Below are positions 30,794 through 32,000 of a DNA stretch of 32,000 nt, piece after piece. Positions within the stretch are counted from its first letter, which is position 1. Each line of letters begins with the position of its first letter. This DNA comes from Nitrosarchaeum sp. GTDB taxonomy: Archaea; Thermoproteota; Nitrososphaeria; Nitrososphaerales; Nitrosopumilaceae. The notes beneath the pieces are model-generated. The model was given only the letters and a program-made list of their open reading frames with translations. It was not told the DNA's origin and searched no databases. A program made the translations under genes and the position numbers. The stretch is taken from assembly GCA_023265135.1 (NCBI GenBank), contig JAHFUM010000001.1, positions 90,574-122,573 of the forward strand, given 5' to 3'.

Positions 30794-31102
30794 ATGGGCA
30801 AAATAATTGCTGGAAAAACCACAGATGTTCCTCCTGGTAAAATGATCAAAGTTTCTGTGGATGGTAGAGAAATAATGATTGCAAACATTGATGGTAATTA
30901 TTGTGCCATAAACGATTCTTGTACTCATTCAGGGGCAAGTCTTTCAGAAGGAAAATTAGATGGATGTAATGTAATATGTGGATGGCATGGAGCACAATTT
31001 GATTGTAAAACTGGTAAATTAGTTAAATTTCCTGCCAAAATTAGAGATTTAGCATCATACAATATTTCTATAGAATCAGACAGCATATTTGTAGAGATGT
31101 GA
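30794..31102 (+). CDS. Rieske [2Fe-2S] ferredoxin-like protein
   Basis: 102 aa. The two Rieske ligand boxes are CTHSG and CGWHGAQF (CxH ... CxxH). Confidence 0.85.
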   Translation: MGKIIAGKTTDVPPGKMIKVSVDGREIMIANIDGNYCAINDSCTHSGASLSEGKLDGCNVICGWHGAQFDCKTGKLVKFPAKIRDLASYNISIESDSIFVEM

Positions 31103-31138
31103 CTATATACTTCAAATTTTCAATAAATGGTGTAAAAA

Positions 31139-31408
31139 ATGGCTGATGATAAACAAAACAAAGAAGCAATGAAAGAAGCAATAGAAACTCTAAACCAAAT
31201 TGCTACAAACCATTCAACACCAAAGACAATTAAAAAAGCTATTACTGATCTTGTGACAGATTTGAATAATGAGGAATACTCACTGTCAGTAAGAGCTAAT
31301 AATACAATCAGTCTACTCGATGATGTAACCCAAGATCCCAATATGCCTTCATATGTGAGAACACAATTATGGCAAGCAGTTTCAAAGCTTGAAAGCATAA
31401 GAGAATAA
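31139..31408 (+). CDS. UPF0147-family small helical protein (archaea-specific)
   Basis: 89 aa. The segment TPKTIKKAITDLVTDL...SLSVRANNTISLLDDVTQDPNMPSYVRTQLWQAVSKLE matches the UPF0147 pattern (VPRNIRRAA...DPNMP.H.RT.IW) as I recall it. Confidence 0.7.
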   Translation: MADDKQNKEAMKEAIETLNQIATNHSTPKTIKKAITDLVTDLNNEEYSLSVRANNTISLLDDVTQDPNMPSYVRTQLWQAVSKLESIRE

Positions 31409-31433
31409 ATTCTATATTGTTTTAATTATAATA

Positions 31434-32000
31434 TTGAAAATAGAAGAGTATCTTAAATCACTGCCGAAAAATATAGTCAGTGGAGAAGATGTTCAATTAC
31501 CAGAAAAGTCATTTAGAGATATATTCAATTTTTCAAATTTAGGAAAGAATGATATTTTTTATCATCTTGGGTGTGGGGATGGAAAAGGAATAGCATTAGC
31601 TTTGAAAGAATACAATGTTAAAAAAGCCATTGGAATTGACAATAATCCAGACAAAATCAAACAAGCAAGAAATATTCTAAATCGAGATCATCTTTCAGGA
31701 GATCTAATTTGTGAAGATATACAGAGTGTAGATATTTCTGATGCTACTGTAATTTTGTTTTGGTTTACTGATGAAGAGATCATCAAGTTCATGACGAATA
31801 AATTTGAAAAATTAAAACAAGGAACTAAAATAATTACGATTTGGGGGCCATTACCAGATTGCCTTCCTGAAAAAGTAGAATTTCCATATATAATTAATCA
31901 AATTCCTTTCAGAAAAACAAATAGTTTGCAAGAACAGGTATTATCAATTTTTGGAGTAAAATGTGTGAATTTTGTAACTGCATGGGAATTTGCAGAAAGA
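31434..32000 (+). CDS. Class I SAM-dependent methyltransferase, 3'-truncated by the window end (absent from the ORF track)
   Basis: I translated this by hand. A TTG at 31434 opens a frame that runs without stops to nt 32000 (189 codons). The SAM-binding motif I is DIFYHLGCGDGKGIALAL, followed by AIGIDNNPDKIKQAR and an acidic loop CEDIQ. Confidence 0.7.
   Translation, partial: MKIEEYLKSLPKNIVSGEDVQLPEKSFRDIFNFSNLGKNDIFYHLGCGDGKGIALALKEYNVKKAIGIDNNPDKIKQARNILNRDHLSGDLICEDIQSVDISDATVILFWFTDEEIIKFMTNKFEKLKQGTKIITIWGPLPDCLPEKVEFPYIINQIPFRKTNSLQEQVLSIFGVKCVNFVTAWEFAER

Noticed and set aside
31120-31398. 92-aa minus-strand ORF fully antisense to the UPF0147 gene.
   Set aside because: The plus-strand product matches a recognisable archaeal family and has a GGTG Shine-Dalgarno sequence upstream. 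The antisense product is hydrophobic low-complexity sequence with no motif.

Overview
This is a strongly AT-rich, tightly packed archaeal chromosome segment. Gene content points to a marine ammonia-oxidising thaumarchaeon (Nitrosopumilales-like), by inference only: archaeal RNA polymerase subunit N, uS13/uS4/uS2, an archaeal mevalonate-pathway/isoprenoid operon, a Nudix-type IDI and a PEFG-type C-terminal sorting signal. I support 35 protein-coding genes, two of them cut by the window edges, plus one tRNA-Leu(GAG). I saw no rRNA, CRISPR array, transposase or integrase.

Layout:
- 2-244: C-terminal end of a PEFG-CTERM surface protein.
- 252-6916: nickel-pincer-nucleotide (NPN) cofactor locus. 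larC-larE-nifS sits on the minus strand, divergent from mdh-larB-radical SAM on the plus strand. No larA is present.
- 7627-14250: accessory-looking island of four envelope or secreted proteins. It includes a thrombospondin-type-3 repeat protein with base-perfect 111-bp tandem repeats, a Pro/Thr-linker protein with a CLIATAAYG C-terminal module, and a 1065-aa secreted protein with two C-terminal Trp-rich motifs.
- 14959-17948: rps13-rps4 followed directly by glmS.
- 17935-20260: cobT-like/MBL hydrolase/NAD(P)HX epimerase operon.
- 20333-21054: translin-like gene and tRNA-Leu.
- 21107-29969: long plus-strand superoperon rpoN-eno-rps2-MEMO-mvk-ipk-idi-GGPPS-gltX-FAH.
- 29966-32000: GNAT, Rieske ferredoxin, UPF0147 and a truncated methyltransferase that is missing from the ORF track.

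Most noteworthy:
- The larA-less NPN locus, with a three-Cys LarE translationally coupled to a cysteine desulfurase.
- A type-1 IDI whose catalytic Cys position reads Ala.
- The surface-protein island.
- A single TATA element placed symmetrically between tRNA-Leu and rpoN.

CDS coordinates follow the supplied ORF track, except for three start sites that I moved. Coordinates I derived by hand (tRNA, repeats, motifs) may be off by 1-2 nt. All homology calls rest on motif recognition from memory, not on searches.
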